Positions 38,318 through 53,087 of a DNA stretch of 64,000 nucleotides are shown here, one piece after another; position 1 is the stretch's first letter, and each line of letters starts with the position of its first letter. The position numbers and the translations under genes are program-made. The DNA is taken from contig JACREX010000210.1 in the NCBI GenBank assembly GCA_016212695.1, forward strand, positions 912 through 64,911. Direction: 5' to 3'. The notes under the pieces were generated by a model, which did no database searches, was not told the DNA's origin, and was given only the letters and a program-made list of their open reading frames with translations. The DNA comes from Bacteroidia bacterium (GTDB taxonomy: Bacteria; Bacteroidota; Bacteroidia; Bacteroidales; GWF2-35-48).

Positions 38318-40882
38318 ATGTTTATTAAGGAAATGGCAGTTAAACAAAAGGAAGAATCAAAAAGATATACTTATAACGAAGCAGTTAAAAGTGCATTAAA
38401 ATATTTCAGGAGCGATGAGCTTGCAGCAACCGTATGGGTTAACAAATATGCGCTGAAAGATTCGCAGGGGCATATCTATGAACTGAACCCGGATGATATG
38501 CATCGCCGGATAGCCAGAGAAATTTTCCGCATCGAAAAGAAATATCCGAACCCGATGAGTGAAGAACAGGTGTATGAATTGTTGAAGGATTTTAAATATA
38601 TTGTCCCACAGGGTAGCCCGATGGCAGGGATTGGAAATAATTTCCAGATAGGTTCGTTATCCAACTGTTTTGTCATCGGCCATGAACGTCCGGCTGATTC
38701 TTACGGCGGCATCATCCGGATTGATGAGGAGCAGGTGCAGTTGATGAAACGCCGGGGCGGCGTGGGGCATGATCTTTCACATATACGTCCATCGGGCAGT
38801 CAGGTGCTGAACAGCGCGCTCACATCCACAGGCATCATCCCGTTTATGGAACGATATTCCAATTCCACGCGCGAAGTGGCGCAGGATGGCCGCAGGGGCG
38901 CACTGATGCTGAGCATCTCTGTCAGGCACCCGGATGCAGAAAACTTTATTGATGCCAAGATGCAGCAGGGTAAAGTTACCGGCGCCAACGTATCGGTAAA
39001 GATTGATGATGAATTTATGAAAGCCGTGATAAACAGCGCTGCATACAAGCAGCAATATCCCGTTGATTCTCCTGAACCGAAAGTCGTAAAAGAAATCGAA
39101 GCCAAAAAACTCTGGGATAAAATCATCCGCAATGCATGGAAGTCGGCAGAACCGGGAGTACTTTTCTGGGATACCATCATACGGGAATCTGTTGCCGACA
39201 GCTATGCGGATCTTGGGTTCAAAACCGTATCTACAAACCCCTGCGGTGAAATCCCCTTGTGTCCGTACGACAGTTGCCGGCTTATTGCGATTAACCTTTA
39301 CAGTTACGTAGATAATCCCTTTACCCCGGATGCAAAATTTAATTTTGATCTTTTCAGGCAGCATGTTCAGAATGCCCAGCAAATGATGGACGACCTTATT
39401 GACCTGGAACTCGAAAAAGTGGATATTATTCTTGCAAAGATTAATTCTGATCCCGAAGATTCAGAAATCAAAAGAGTGGAACGCAAGCTTTGGGAAAAGA
39501 TCCGCGACAAAGCGCGTGAAGGCAGGAGGACAGGTCTCGGCTCAACCGGCGAAGGAGATATGCTTGCCGCATTGGGCATTACTTACGGCACGGATGATGC
39601 TATTGATTTTTCAGTGGAGGTTCATAAAACATTAGCTCTTGAAGCATACCGTTCATCTGTAAACATGGCAAAAGAAAGAGGCTCATTCGAAATATTCGAA
39701 GCCCAGCGCGAAAAGAATAATCCCTTTATTAAAAGAATCAAAGAAGCGGATGAAGGTTTGTATAAAGACATGATGAAACATGGCAGGCGGAATGTGTCGT
39801 TGCTGACGATAGCGCCAACAGGAACAACAAGCCTTATGACCCAGACCACATCAGGTATTGAGCCGGTATTCTCCCCGGTATATAAAAGAAGGCGGAAAGT
39901 GAACCCCACCGATACGGAAGTGAAAGTTGCATTTGTAGATAAAATAGGCGATTCATGGGAAGAATATAATGTGTTTCATCATAAATTCCTCACCATGCTC
40001 GAAATAAACGGACACGAACCGGATAAGGTGAAAAACTATGATGATAAGTTTATTGATGAATTAGTTCGTTTATCGCCTTATTATAAAGCCACGGCCAATG
40101 ATGTGGATTGGGTGATGAAGGTAAAGATGCAGGGCGCCATTCAGAAATGGGTTGACCATTCAATCAGCGTTACGGTAAATCTTCCCAATACTATTACGGA
40201 AGAAATGGTTTCAAAAGTTTATATGACAGCGTGGGAATGCGGCTGTAAGGGAGTTACCGTTTACAGGGACGGATCCCGAGACGGCGTTCTTATCAATAAA
40301 AAAGATGAAGAAAAGACTGATAAAAATTTCCCTACCGGCAAGAAGCGTCCGAAAATTCTCGAAGCGGATGTAATCAAATTCAGCAATAATAATGAGAAAT
40401 GGGTTGCATTCGTCGGGCTGCTCGACGGAAGGCCCTACGAGATTTTCACAGGAATGGAAGATGAAGAAGTTCTGTATATTCCCAAAACCATAAAACGCGG
40501 ATTCATTATTAAGAGCGTGGATGAGAACAGCGGGAAAAGATACGACTTCCAGTATGTGGATAAGCATGGCTACCGCACAACATTCGAAGGATTATCGCGG
40601 TTGTTCGATAAGGAATACTGGAACTATGCAAAGCTAATTTCGAGCGTGCTTCGCTACGGAATGCCGATCCCCGATGTGGTGACATTGGTAAGTTCGCTGC
40701 AATTAGATAATGCAAACATCAATACATGGAAAAACGGCGTGGAACGCGCCCTGAAAAAATATATCCCCGACGGTACAAAACCAAAGAAAGGAATCGTGTG
40801 CGAAAAGTGCGGAACAGAATCATTGGTTTACGAAGAAGGCTGCCTTAACTGCAAGAATTGCGGCCATTCAAAATGCGGATAA
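38318..40882 (+). CDS. nrdJ: Class II (adenosylcobalamin-dependent) ribonucleoside-diphosphate/triphosphate reductase
   Basis: Monomeric ~850-aa RNR with SNCF/LSNC, NPCGEI (catalytic Cys loop), TIAPTGT and a C-terminal Cys-rich tail CEKCG...CLNCKNCGHSKCG. Confidence 0.8.
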   Translation: MFIKEMAVKQKEESKRYTYNEAVKSALKYFRSDELAATVWVNKYALKDSQGHIYELNPDDMHRRIAREIFRIEKKYPNPMSEEQVYELLKDFKYIVPQGSPMAGIGNNFQIGSLSNCFVIGHERPADSYGGIIRIDEEQVQLMKRRGGVGHDLSHIRPSGSQVLNSALTSTGIIPFMERYSNSTREVAQDGRRGALMLSISVRHPDAENFIDAKMQQGKVTGANVSVKIDDEFMKAVINSAAYKQQYPVDSPEPKVVKEIEAKKLWDKIIRNAWKSAEPGVLFWDTIIRESVADSYADLGFKTVSTNPCGEIPLCPYDSCRLIAINLYSYVDNPFTPDAKFNFDLFRQHVQNAQQMMDDLIDLELEKVDIILAKINSDPEDSEIKRVERKLWEKIRDKAREGRRTGLGSTGEGDMLAALGITYGTDDAIDFSVEVHKTLALEAYRSSVNMAKERGSFEIFEAQREKNNPFIKRIKEADEGLYKDMMKHGRRNVSLLTIAPTGTTSLMTQTTSGIEPVFSPVYKRRRKVNPTDTEVKVAFVDKIGDSWEEYNVFHHKFLTMLEINGHEPDKVKNYDDKFIDELVRLSPYYKATANDVDWVMKVKMQGAIQKWVDHSISVTVNLPNTITEEMVSKVYMTAWECGCKGVTVYRDGSRDGVLINKKDEEKTDKNFPTGKKRPKILEADVIKFSNNNEKWVAFVGLLDGRPYEIFTGMEDEEVLYIPKTIKRGFIIKSVDENSGKRYDFQYVDKHGYRTTFEGLSRLFDKEYWNYAKLISSVLRYGMPIPDVVTLVSSLQLDNANINTWKNGVERALKKYIPDGTKPKKGIVCEKCGTESLVYEEGCLNCKNCGHSKCG

Positions 40883-40912
40883 TAAAAAGACATATTCAAT
40901 TAATCCGAACCG

Positions 40913-42005
40913 CTATATTGAGTTCCCGTATTCCATCAGAAAAGCCTTGATAAAGTCGTTCAGTTCGCCGTCGAGTACAGCCTGGGCATTACCTACTTCA
41001 TAGTTTGTGCGGATATCTTTCACTAATTTATACGGTTGCAGAATATAGTTCCTGATCTGTGATCCCCATTCGATTTTTTTCTTCTGGCTCTCGAGTGTGC
41101 TCATGGTCTCCCGGCGCTTTTGAAGTTCAATCTCGTAAAGTTGCGCTTTTAATAAACGCAACGCATTGTCCCTGTTTTGCAACTGCGATCTCGACTCCTG
41201 GTTTTCGATTACGATTCCTGTGGGGACATGGTGCAGCCGGACTGCGGTTTCTACTTTGTTCACATTCTGTCCGCCCGGTCCGCTGGAGCGGAATGTGTCC
41301 CATTCAATTTCTGCCTGATTTATTAGGATATTTATATTATCGTCAACAATCGGATAAGTAAAAACAGAAGCAAAGGATGTCTGTCTTTTACCTTGCGCAT
41401 TGAACGGGGAAATTCGCACTAACCGGTGAACGCCTGTTTCGCTTTTCAAGTAACCATAAGCATAGTCGCCGGTAAATTCGAGGGTTACTGATTTGAACCC
41501 GGCTTCTTCGCCGACTAATGAATCTAATTCCTGTACTTTGTAATTATTTTTTTCTCCCCAGCGCAGGTACATTCTCATCAGCATCTCTACCCAGTCGTGG
41601 CTTTCAGTACCGCCGGCGCCCGCATTGATCTTAAGTATGGCTCCGAGTATATCTTCCTCTTTGCCGAGCATGTTCTTCAACTCAACATCTTCAACGGTTT
41701 TTAAAGTCTGTTGATATTGCTTGTCCACTTCTTCTTCTGTGGCTTCTCCTTCTTTTGCAAAATCGAAAAGCACCTGCAGGTCTTCAACAGATGATTTTGC
41801 TTTGTTGTACAATTCGATCCAGTTTTTTAATACCGAATTTTTTTTAAGCTGTTTTTCTGCTTCTGCCGGGTTGTTCCAGAAATCAGGGCGTTGTGTCTTT
41901 AATTCTTCAACTTTGAGGGTCTCTGTTTTAGTATCAATGTCAAAGATACCTCCTCAGCGCTTCTGCGCGTTTAATAAGGTCTTTCAGGTGGTCGGTAGTT
42001 ATCAT
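40913..42005 (-). CDS. prfB: Peptide chain release factor 2, with programmed +1 frameshift
   Basis: Frame 0: ATG at 42005, [21 protein letters not shown], then TGA. The +1 frame continues [15 protein letters not shown]... into ORF 40913-41812. SPF and GGQ ([10 protein letters not shown]) motifs are present. Confidence 0.9.
41939..41954 (-). promoter_or_regulatory. RF2 autoregulatory frameshift site AGGAGG TAT CTT TGA C
   Basis: The minus strand shows an SD-like AGGAGG three nt before the slippery CTT TGA C. Frame arithmetic was checked against both ORF parts. Confidence 0.9.
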
Positions 42006-42026
42006 ATATAAGTTTTAATGTGGATG

Positions 42027-42034
42027 CAAAAATA
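42027..42034 (-). promoter_or_regulatory. Candidate -7 box TATTTTTG for prfB
   Basis: Minus-strand TAnnTTTG match about 22 nt upstream of the prfB ATG. Confidence 0.3.
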
Positions 42035-42343
42035 GATTTTTTCGTGTAACAATGCAATTAAATGTGATATTCGGGGTAAAAATGTGATAAAATCTACTCA
42101 ATGGTGGTCAGATTGTACTTTATTTTTAGAAGGGATTAGGTTTATAGTCAGGGCTGCTAGTTTGGTTTAAGGTTGAAAGGTTAAGCGACTGGTTTGGTTG
42201 ATGGTCTTTGGTTATTTTTTCTATATACTTTTGACATTTACCTAAACCCGTTGCCCAACCCTACAACTATTAACATTTACCTAAACCGGCTGCCACAAAC
42301 TAAAAACAACAGACTAATTTTTTGTAATAATCATTTTTTACCT

Positions 42344-47383
<5,040 letters not shown>

Positions 47384-47433
47384 AATGATACTTTTTATTC
47401 TTTATTTTGCAATCTGTAATTTGTAATTTTCGG

Positions 47434-47952
47434 ATGCCTATTGACAGGAAAATACTTCGCTGGTATGCAGTTTACACTAAATCCCGGTTCGAGAAGAAAG
47501 TTCTGCAATACTTGAAAGAAAAAGGTATTGAGGTATATGTCCCTCTTGAAAAAAGGCTCAGGCAATGGAGCGACCGGAAAAAGTGGGTTGAGGAGCCCCT
47601 GATCCGGTGTTATGCATTTGTCCGTATCATCTGGAAAGATTATCGTGAAGTTTTAAATACGCATGGAGTTGTCAGGTTTGTTTATTTTCTGGGGAAACCG
47701 GCTCCAATACCTGACGACCAGATTCAGACCATGAAAGACATTATTGAAAATAAAATTGATGTCGAGGTCTCATCTGAATTTTTCAAACCCGGGGTTCCGG
47801 TCGAGATTATCTATGGTCCGCTGAAGGGCAGAAAAGGAGAGTTTATTTCTTTTCACGGGAAAAAGAGGGTGCAGTTAAAAATAGATTATTTGAATCAGTG
47901 TCTTCTGGTTGATATTTCTCCCGCACATATACAGGCGCTTTCCAAGGCATAA
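47434..47952 (+). CDS. UpxY-family (NusG-like) transcription antiterminator at the head of the glycan locus
   Basis: WYAVYTKSRFEKKV...VYVPL NGN domain and C-terminal KOW (GVPVEIIYGPLKGRKGEF). It sits directly upstream of polysaccharide genes, as in Bacteroides capsule loci. Confidence 0.75.
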   Translation: MPIDRKILRWYAVYTKSRFEKKVLQYLKEKGIEVYVPLEKRLRQWSDRKKWVEEPLIRCYAFVRIIWKDYREVLNTHGVVRFVYFLGKPAPIPDDQIQTMKDIIENKIDVEVSSEFFKPGVPVEIIYGPLKGRKGEFISFHGKKRVQLKIDYLNQCLLVDISPAHIQALSKA

Positions 47953-48238
47953 TCCTTAATTTTATCATTTGTTTTTCCCATTGGGAAAAATATCAGTTTA
48001 CTATGAATCAAAGCCACAAATTCAGAGTTCTTTTTGGGTATTTGATATTAGGTAAAAAATGCAGCATAAATCAAATATTTTTATAACTTTGTCCGCTAAT
48101 TTTTCTGCTTGGTCAGAGGTAATAGTATGTGACTGAGGAGGCGAAGCTTTATAGATAGGAGATGAATAAATTACATTAAGAATTCGATAAACGGGAACAA
48201 ATAATATTCAATCAGAAAAGGCAAGGGCAATTAAATAG

Positions 48239-48478
48239 ATGATAAAAATAATAAATCTCCCTAAAATCTCAGACCCTCGCGGTAATTTAACATTTTTAGA
48301 AGGAGGCGCACATATTCCGTTTGAAGTAAAACGCTCTTATTGGATATACGATGTGCCCGGAGGGGAAGTGCGTGGCGGCCATGCATTTAAATAACAGCAT
48401 GAGTTTATTATCGCATTATCCGGAAGTTTTGATGTTATTGTGGATAATGGAAAATCAAAACAAAATTTTCCACTATAA
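48239..48478 (+). pseudogene. FdtA/QdtA/WxcM-type sugar 3,4-ketoisomerase (cupin) remnant: in-frame TAA and 3' truncation
   Basis: Translation: MIKIINLPKISDPRGNLTFLEGGAHIPFEVKRSYWIYDVPGGEVRGGHAFK*QHEFIIALSGSFDVIVDNGKSKQNFPL*. Stops are at 48392-48394 and 48476-48478. About 79 codons remain, short of the ~135 expected from memory of the family. wzm starts 7 nt later. Confidence 0.7.
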
Positions 48479-48484
48479 ATTTTT

Positions 48485-49342
48485 ATGAGTAACGGAGAAC
48501 AAAATATTAATTGGGATTTATCAATAAGGCCCAAGAAAAATCTGTTGGATATTAACCTGAAAGAACTGTGGAGATACAAGGATCTGATTATGCTTTTTGT
48601 TCGCAGAGATTTTGTTTCCAAATATAAGCAGAGTATTTTAGGTCCCGCATGGTTTATAATACAACCCTTACTGACAACATTAATGTTTACTTTAGTATTT
48701 GGAAAAATAGCGGGAATACCAACCGACGGGCTTCCTCCAATGCTTTTTTATATGACAGGGATTGTCGGCTGGACATATTTTTCAACCTGCTTAACCGCCA
48801 CGTCTGATACCTTTATTTCAAATGCCGGAATATTTGGGAAGGTGTATTTTCCAAGATTGGTTTCTCCTGTTTCCATTGTTATTTCTAATTTAATCCAGTT
48901 TGCAATACAATTTTCTTTCCTTATTGCATGTATGATTTTTTATTGGCTTTCCGGTGCAAAATTCACCCCCAATATTTATGTTTTGTTAATCCCTGTTTTA
49001 ATTGTTTTATTAGCCGGCCTTAGCCTTGGTTTTGGAATTATTTTTTCATCGCTTACCACGAAGTATCGCGATTTGCGTTTTTTGCTTGTGTTTGGCGTCC
49101 AGCTCTGGATGTATGCAACTCCGATAATTTACCCCGTTTCGGCGTTGCCGGAAAAATATAAAATTTTTATTATAGCCAATCCTATGTCGTCCATTATAGA
49201 AATATTCAGATACTCATTACTCGGTTCCGGAACAATTAACTGGTTTCAACTGGGCTATAGCGCTGTTTTCACATTGGTGATTCTGGTTATCGGAGTTCTT
49301 GTTTTCAATAAAGTCGAACGCACATTTATGGATACGGTTTAA
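48485..49342 (+). CDS. wzm: ABC-2 type polysaccharide export permease
   Basis: Six TM segments. The N-terminal LKELWRYKDLIMLFVRRDFVSKYKQSILGPAWFIIQP signature is typical of Wzm/TagG permeases. Confidence 0.8.
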   Translation: MSNGEQNINWDLSIRPKKNLLDINLKELWRYKDLIMLFVRRDFVSKYKQSILGPAWFIIQPLLTTLMFTLVFGKIAGIPTDGLPPMLFYMTGIVGWTYFSTCLTATSDTFISNAGIFGKVYFPRLVSPVSIVISNLIQFAIQFSFLIACMIFYWLSGAKFTPNIYVLLIPVLIVLLAGLSLGFGIIFSSLTTKYRDLRFLLVFGVQLWMYATPIIYPVSALPEKYKIFIIANPMSSIIEIFRYSLLGSGTINWFQLGYSAVFTLVILVIGVLVFNKVERTFMDTV

Positions 49343-49388
49343 TCATCGGATCACCACATCAAATAATCAGCACATATCCGCGTAAAAT

Positions 49389-49847
49389 ATGAGCAACCCT
49401 GTTATCAAACAAAGCGCTATCCGCAACATATCATTTGGCGACAATGTAGTTGTAGTTGAACCTGTAAATATCTATGAATGCAAAATCGGCAACAATACGT
49501 TCATAGGCCCGTTTGTTGAAATTCAGAAAGGGGTTGTTATCGGAAACAATTGTAAAATCCAGTCGCATGCTTTTATTTGCGAATTGGTTTCTATAGGAGA
49601 CGATTGTTTTGTTTCTCACGGAGCTATGTTTATTAATGATACTTTTGCTAAGGGAGGTCCTGCCCTAGGCGACAAATCGCTATGGAAAAATACCGAAATC
49701 GGCAACAATGTTTCAATAGGCACAAATGCTACTATACTCCCGGTGAAAATAACCGACAATGTTGTAATAGGAGCAGGGTCTGTTGTAACGAAAGATATTA
49801 ATGAAAGCGGGATTTACGCAGGAAATCCTGCAAAAAAAATACGGTAA
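49389..49847 (+). CDS. Left-handed beta-helix (hexapeptide) N-acetyltransferase, FdtC/QdtC-like
   Basis: Hexapeptide repeats ([LIV]-G-x4) throughout. 152 aa. It sits next to a DegT-type aminotransferase and the ketoisomerase remnant. Confidence 0.65.
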   Translation: MSNPVIKQSAIRNISFGDNVVVVEPVNIYECKIGNNTFIGPFVEIQKGVVIGNNCKIQSHAFICELVSIGDDCFVSHGAMFINDTFAKGGPALGDKSLWKNTEIGNNVSIGTNATILPVKITDNVVIGAGSVVTKDINESGIYAGNPAKKIR

Positions 49848-50051
49848 TACATTATATATTTTATACTTTGAATGGTCTGCATTTTGGTAATCGGTAAAAT
49901 CAGTAGCGGAAATGGGGATTTTGGATTTCATTTTTCTTATTTCCTACCTCCTGCCTCCTACCTCTTTTTCTATTCATAAAACTTGCCTGCGACAAGCAGG
50001 TATCCCGTTTTTAGTTTAAATACAGAGTATTTACACATTAATTGAGAAAGT

Positions 50052-51146
50052 ATGATCCCATTCATGGACCTGGATTTACAGTATAAATCAATACAGGAAG
50101 AAATTGACGAAGCCATTTTCAGGGTTATAAAAAATTATAATTTTATTAATGGGCCGGAAGTTGCCCTGTTTGAAAAAAAATTTGCCGAAATGCAGGAAGT
50201 GAAATACTGTGTCGGTTGCTCAAGCGGGACATCTGCGCTGCATCTTGCTTATGAGGTTGTCGGTATTCGGCCGGGCGATGAAGTTATTGTTCCGACTATG
50301 ACTTTTATTGCTACCGCAGAAGCATTAAGGCAGGTAGGAGCAAAACCTGTATTTATAGATATCAGCCCGGTTTCATATAATATTGACGAGAATAAAATTG
50401 AAGCCGCAATTACCGATAAAACAAAAGCGATAGTAGCGGTTCATCTGCATGGAAACCCCTGTGAAATGGATAGAATTGTTGAGATTGCAAAAAAATATAA
50501 TCTTAAACTTATTGAAGATTGCGCCCAGTCGCACATATCAGAATATAAGTTTAAAAAAACCGGAACATTCGGCGATATTGCAGCCTTTAGTTTTTATCCG
50601 GGTAAAAATCTGGGCGCTTATGGCGATGCCGGTGCTGTCGTAACAAATAATCGCAGGTACTTCGAAAATGCCCGTATGCTCGCAAATCATGGGAGAAAAG
50701 AAAAATATTATCACGATGTTGAAGGATATAATTACAGATTAGATACGTTACAGGCCGCCATTTTACTTATTAAAATGAAATATTTGCAACAATGGACAGA
50801 ACAAAGAATTTTAAATTCGCAACTATATGATAAAATGTTAAAAAATCCGGATATAACACTTCCTGAAAGATCACAGTACAAAAAACATGTTTACCACATT
50901 TATTCTATTTCTACAAAACAGCGGGAAAAAATTATTACCGCGCTGAAAGAAAATCATATTTCTTACGGCATTCATTACCCGCTTCCATTGCACCTGCAGC
51001 CGGCATACAGGCATCTTGGATATAAAGACGGCGACTTTCCGGTAGCAGAAGCATTGTCAAAAGAATTTTTATCTTTACCCATGTATGCCGAGCTTACCAA
51101 AGAACAAATTGAATTCATCGGGAATGTTGTGAAAATTCTGTTATAA
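50052..51146 (+). CDS. DegT/DnrJ/EryC1/StrS family sugar aminotransferase (FdtB/QdtB-like)
   Basis: PLP-enzyme blocks FE..FA......Y.VG.SSGT.ALHLA and SFYPGKNLGAYGDAG (Schiff-base Lys). 364 aa. Confidence 0.8.
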   Translation: MIPFMDLDLQYKSIQEEIDEAIFRVIKNYNFINGPEVALFEKKFAEMQEVKYCVGCSSGTSALHLAYEVVGIRPGDEVIVPTMTFIATAEALRQVGAKPVFIDISPVSYNIDENKIEAAITDKTKAIVAVHLHGNPCEMDRIVEIAKKYNLKLIEDCAQSHISEYKFKKTGTFGDIAAFSFYPGKNLGAYGDAGAVVTNNRRYFENARMLANHGRKEKYYHDVEGYNYRLDTLQAAILLIKMKYLQQWTEQRILNSQLYDKMLKNPDITLPERSQYKKHVYHIYSISTKQREKIITALKENHISYGIHYPLPLHLQPAYRHLGYKDGDFPVAEALSKEFLSLPMYAELTKEQIEFIGNVVKILL

Positions 51147-51226
51147 TTTTTTTCTATTTTTCCTGCAAAATTTGAAAATTAATTTTTATGATGCAGCATA
51201 AAATTAGATATTTTTGATTTAATACA

Positions 51227-52414
51227 ATGCTGTACAGAAAATTATATTTTGACATATTACCCCAGCTTAAACATAAAAATGCTATTGTTATTTGTGGAAT
51301 GAGGCAGGTGGGAAAAACCACGTTGATGCGTCAGATTTATGAAATAACAGGCAATCCCAAATTATGGTTTGACTTTGACAATCCCCTCGACAGGATATTA
51401 TTTGAAGCGGAAGATTATAACCTGATTTTTCATGAATTGAAAAAACTGGCACAGGCAAAAGCAAAAGATAAACTAACGGTTTTTATTGATGAAATACAGA
51501 ATTTTCCTGAAATAACAATTATCATAAAGTATTTGATTGATCATCATCAGGTAAAATTTATTTTAACAGGTTCTTCAAATTATTATTTACGCAACCTGTT
51601 TCCGGAATCTTTAAGCGGTAGAAAGTTTCTGTATATACTACCACAGCTTTCATTTACGGAGTTTTTGTATTTTAATGGAGAAGTCCCGGAAAAAATAATT
51701 TCTGATACAGATAATAAAATATCATTCGAAAAAATATCACAGTATTCTTATTCAAAGCGCGCTTTAGCCTTTGACGAATTTATAGAATTCGGCTCATTTC
51801 CTGAAGTTGTGCTTACAAACGATCGAAAAACAAAAACACTGATTTTAAAAAATATATTTTCGTCTTTTTTTAAAAAGGATATTAATGTGTTTTCTGAGTT
51901 TAAGGAAGTTAGGGAATTACGTGATCTTATTTTATTATTGGCTCCCAGGAACGGAAGTATTCTTGATATAACAAAGTTAGCCTCAGAGCTAGGTACAAAC
52001 AGGGTAAAAGTTTACAATTATATTGAATTTCTGCAGGGAACTTTTTTCCTGAAATTAATACCTAAATTTTCAAAAAGTATAGACAGAAGCATAGCCGGAG
52101 GGAAAAAAGTATATTTTTCCGATACGGGCATATTAAATCTTGTAGCAAAAGTTACGGAAAGACAATTGATAGAAACCGCTGTATGTAATCAGTTGGCTGT
52201 TTATGGGAACCTGTCTTTTTATAATAAAAGGAGTACTTCTGAAATTGATTTTATTATCAATAACGAAATTGCTTTTGAAGTGAAGAACAAAGCAGACGTA
52301 TCGGATATTGAAAGGCTAAGGAAAATATCATCTTCTCTTGGAATTAGACGGTATTATGTTTTGAGCCGGAAATATTTTGACCATGAAAATGTAATATTTC
52401 CCCAGTTTATTTAA
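51227..52414 (+). CDS. AAA+ ATPase of the AAA_14/DUF4143 type
   Basis: Walker A GMRQVGKTTL, Walker B VFIDEIQ, and a C-terminal EIDFII...FEVK PD-(D/E)xK-like tail typical of DUF4143 proteins. It is unrelated to glycan synthesis. Confidence 0.7.
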   Translation: MLYRKLYFDILPQLKHKNAIVICGMRQVGKTTLMRQIYEITGNPKLWFDFDNPLDRILFEAEDYNLIFHELKKLAQAKAKDKLTVFIDEIQNFPEITIIIKYLIDHHQVKFILTGSSNYYLRNLFPESLSGRKFLYILPQLSFTEFLYFNGEVPEKIISDTDNKISFEKISQYSYSKRALAFDEFIEFGSFPEVVLTNDRKTKTLILKNIFSSFFKKDINVFSEFKEVRELRDLILLLAPRNGSILDITKLASELGTNRVKVYNYIEFLQGTFFLKLIPKFSKSIDRSIAGGKKVYFSDTGILNLVAKVTERQLIETAVCNQLAVYGNLSFYNKRSTSEIDFIINNEIAFEVKNKADVSDIERLRKISSSLGIRRYYVLSRKYFDHENVIFPQFI

Positions 52415-52472
52415 TTTTTTTATATTAAAACATCAAAATTTCAGATAATAAATACATCAAAACATTAAAAAA

Positions 52473-53087
52473 GTGATCACAATTCTCAACTACGGCCTGG
52501 GCAATCTGTTTTCCATTAAAAATATGTTGAAGAGGGTAGGTTTCGATTGCATAATTACTGCGAATATTGAAGAAGTAGAGCGGGCGACAAAAATTATTTT
52601 ACCGGGCGTAGGTCATTTCGATTATGGGATGAAAAAGCTAAGGGAAGCAATTTTTTTTGAAACATTGCAAAGAAAGGCGATGGATGAAAAAACACCTGTT
52701 CTGGGTATTTGCATGGGAGCGCAGATGCTTCTGGAGAAAAGCGAGGAGGGTACGGAAAATGGCCTGGGCTGGATTAAAGGAGTATGTAAAAAATTTGATA
52801 TTTTAAAAATGAACGAGCCGCTAACCATTCCAAATATGGGCTGGTGCGATGTGAATTATGTTAAAGAATCGCCGCTGAATGTAAATATAAACAAAATACC
52901 GCGTTACTATTTTGTTCATTCATTTCATATAAATTGCACAAATCCAAACGATGTATTAGCCACAACGGAATATGGATATACATACACGGCTGCCGTTAAC
53001 AAAGAAAATATTTACGGAGTACAATTTCATCCCGAAAAAAGTCATAAATTCGGAATGGCTGTTTTAGAAAATTTTGCTCAATTATAA
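52473..53087 (+). CDS. HisH-like glutamine amidotransferase (WbuY-type, glycan-locus paralog)
   Basis: GTG start. LPGVGHF, GICMGAQML (catalytic Cys) and QFHPEKS motifs. Confidence 0.75.
   Translation: MITILNYGLGNLFSIKNMLKRVGFDCIITANIEEVERATKIILPGVGHFDYGMKKLREAIFFETLQRKAMDEKTPVLGICMGAQMLLEKSEEGTENGLGWIKGVCKKFDILKMNEPLTIPNMGWCDVNYVKESPLNVNINKIPRYYFVHSFHINCTNPNDVLATTEYGYTYTAAVNKENIYGVQFHPEKSHKFGMAVLENFAQL

Noticed and set aside
38777-39382. Long antisense or overlapping ORFs inside large genes, for example 38777-39382 (201 aa) and 38800-39180 in nrdJ, 19085-19540 in the mutase gene, 25013-25444 in the kinase gene, 30577-30984 and 28884-29282 in the Hdr-like genes, 45314-45637 in the BNR gene, and several in 8611-14763
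   Set aside because: Each lies fully within a gene that has strong family signatures on the other strand or frame. Their compositions are low-complexity or Cys/Arg-rich, typical of spurious frames, and none has a recognisable motif.
47972-47990. Palindrome TTTTTCCCA T TGGGAAAAA just after the UpxY-like gene, as an intrinsic terminator
   Set aside because: The stem is mostly A/T and no U-tract follows on the coding strand. It may be a protein-binding palindrome, but there is not enough evidence to call it a terminator.
49925-49965. Polypyrimidine tract TTTCCTACCTCCTGCCTCCTACCTC followed by a small hairpin (CCTGC GACAA GCAGG) between the acetyltransferase and aminotransferase genes
   Set aside because: The hairpin is short and weak and no clear T-tract follows. 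The tract has no repeat partner in the window. It is noted but not interpretable.
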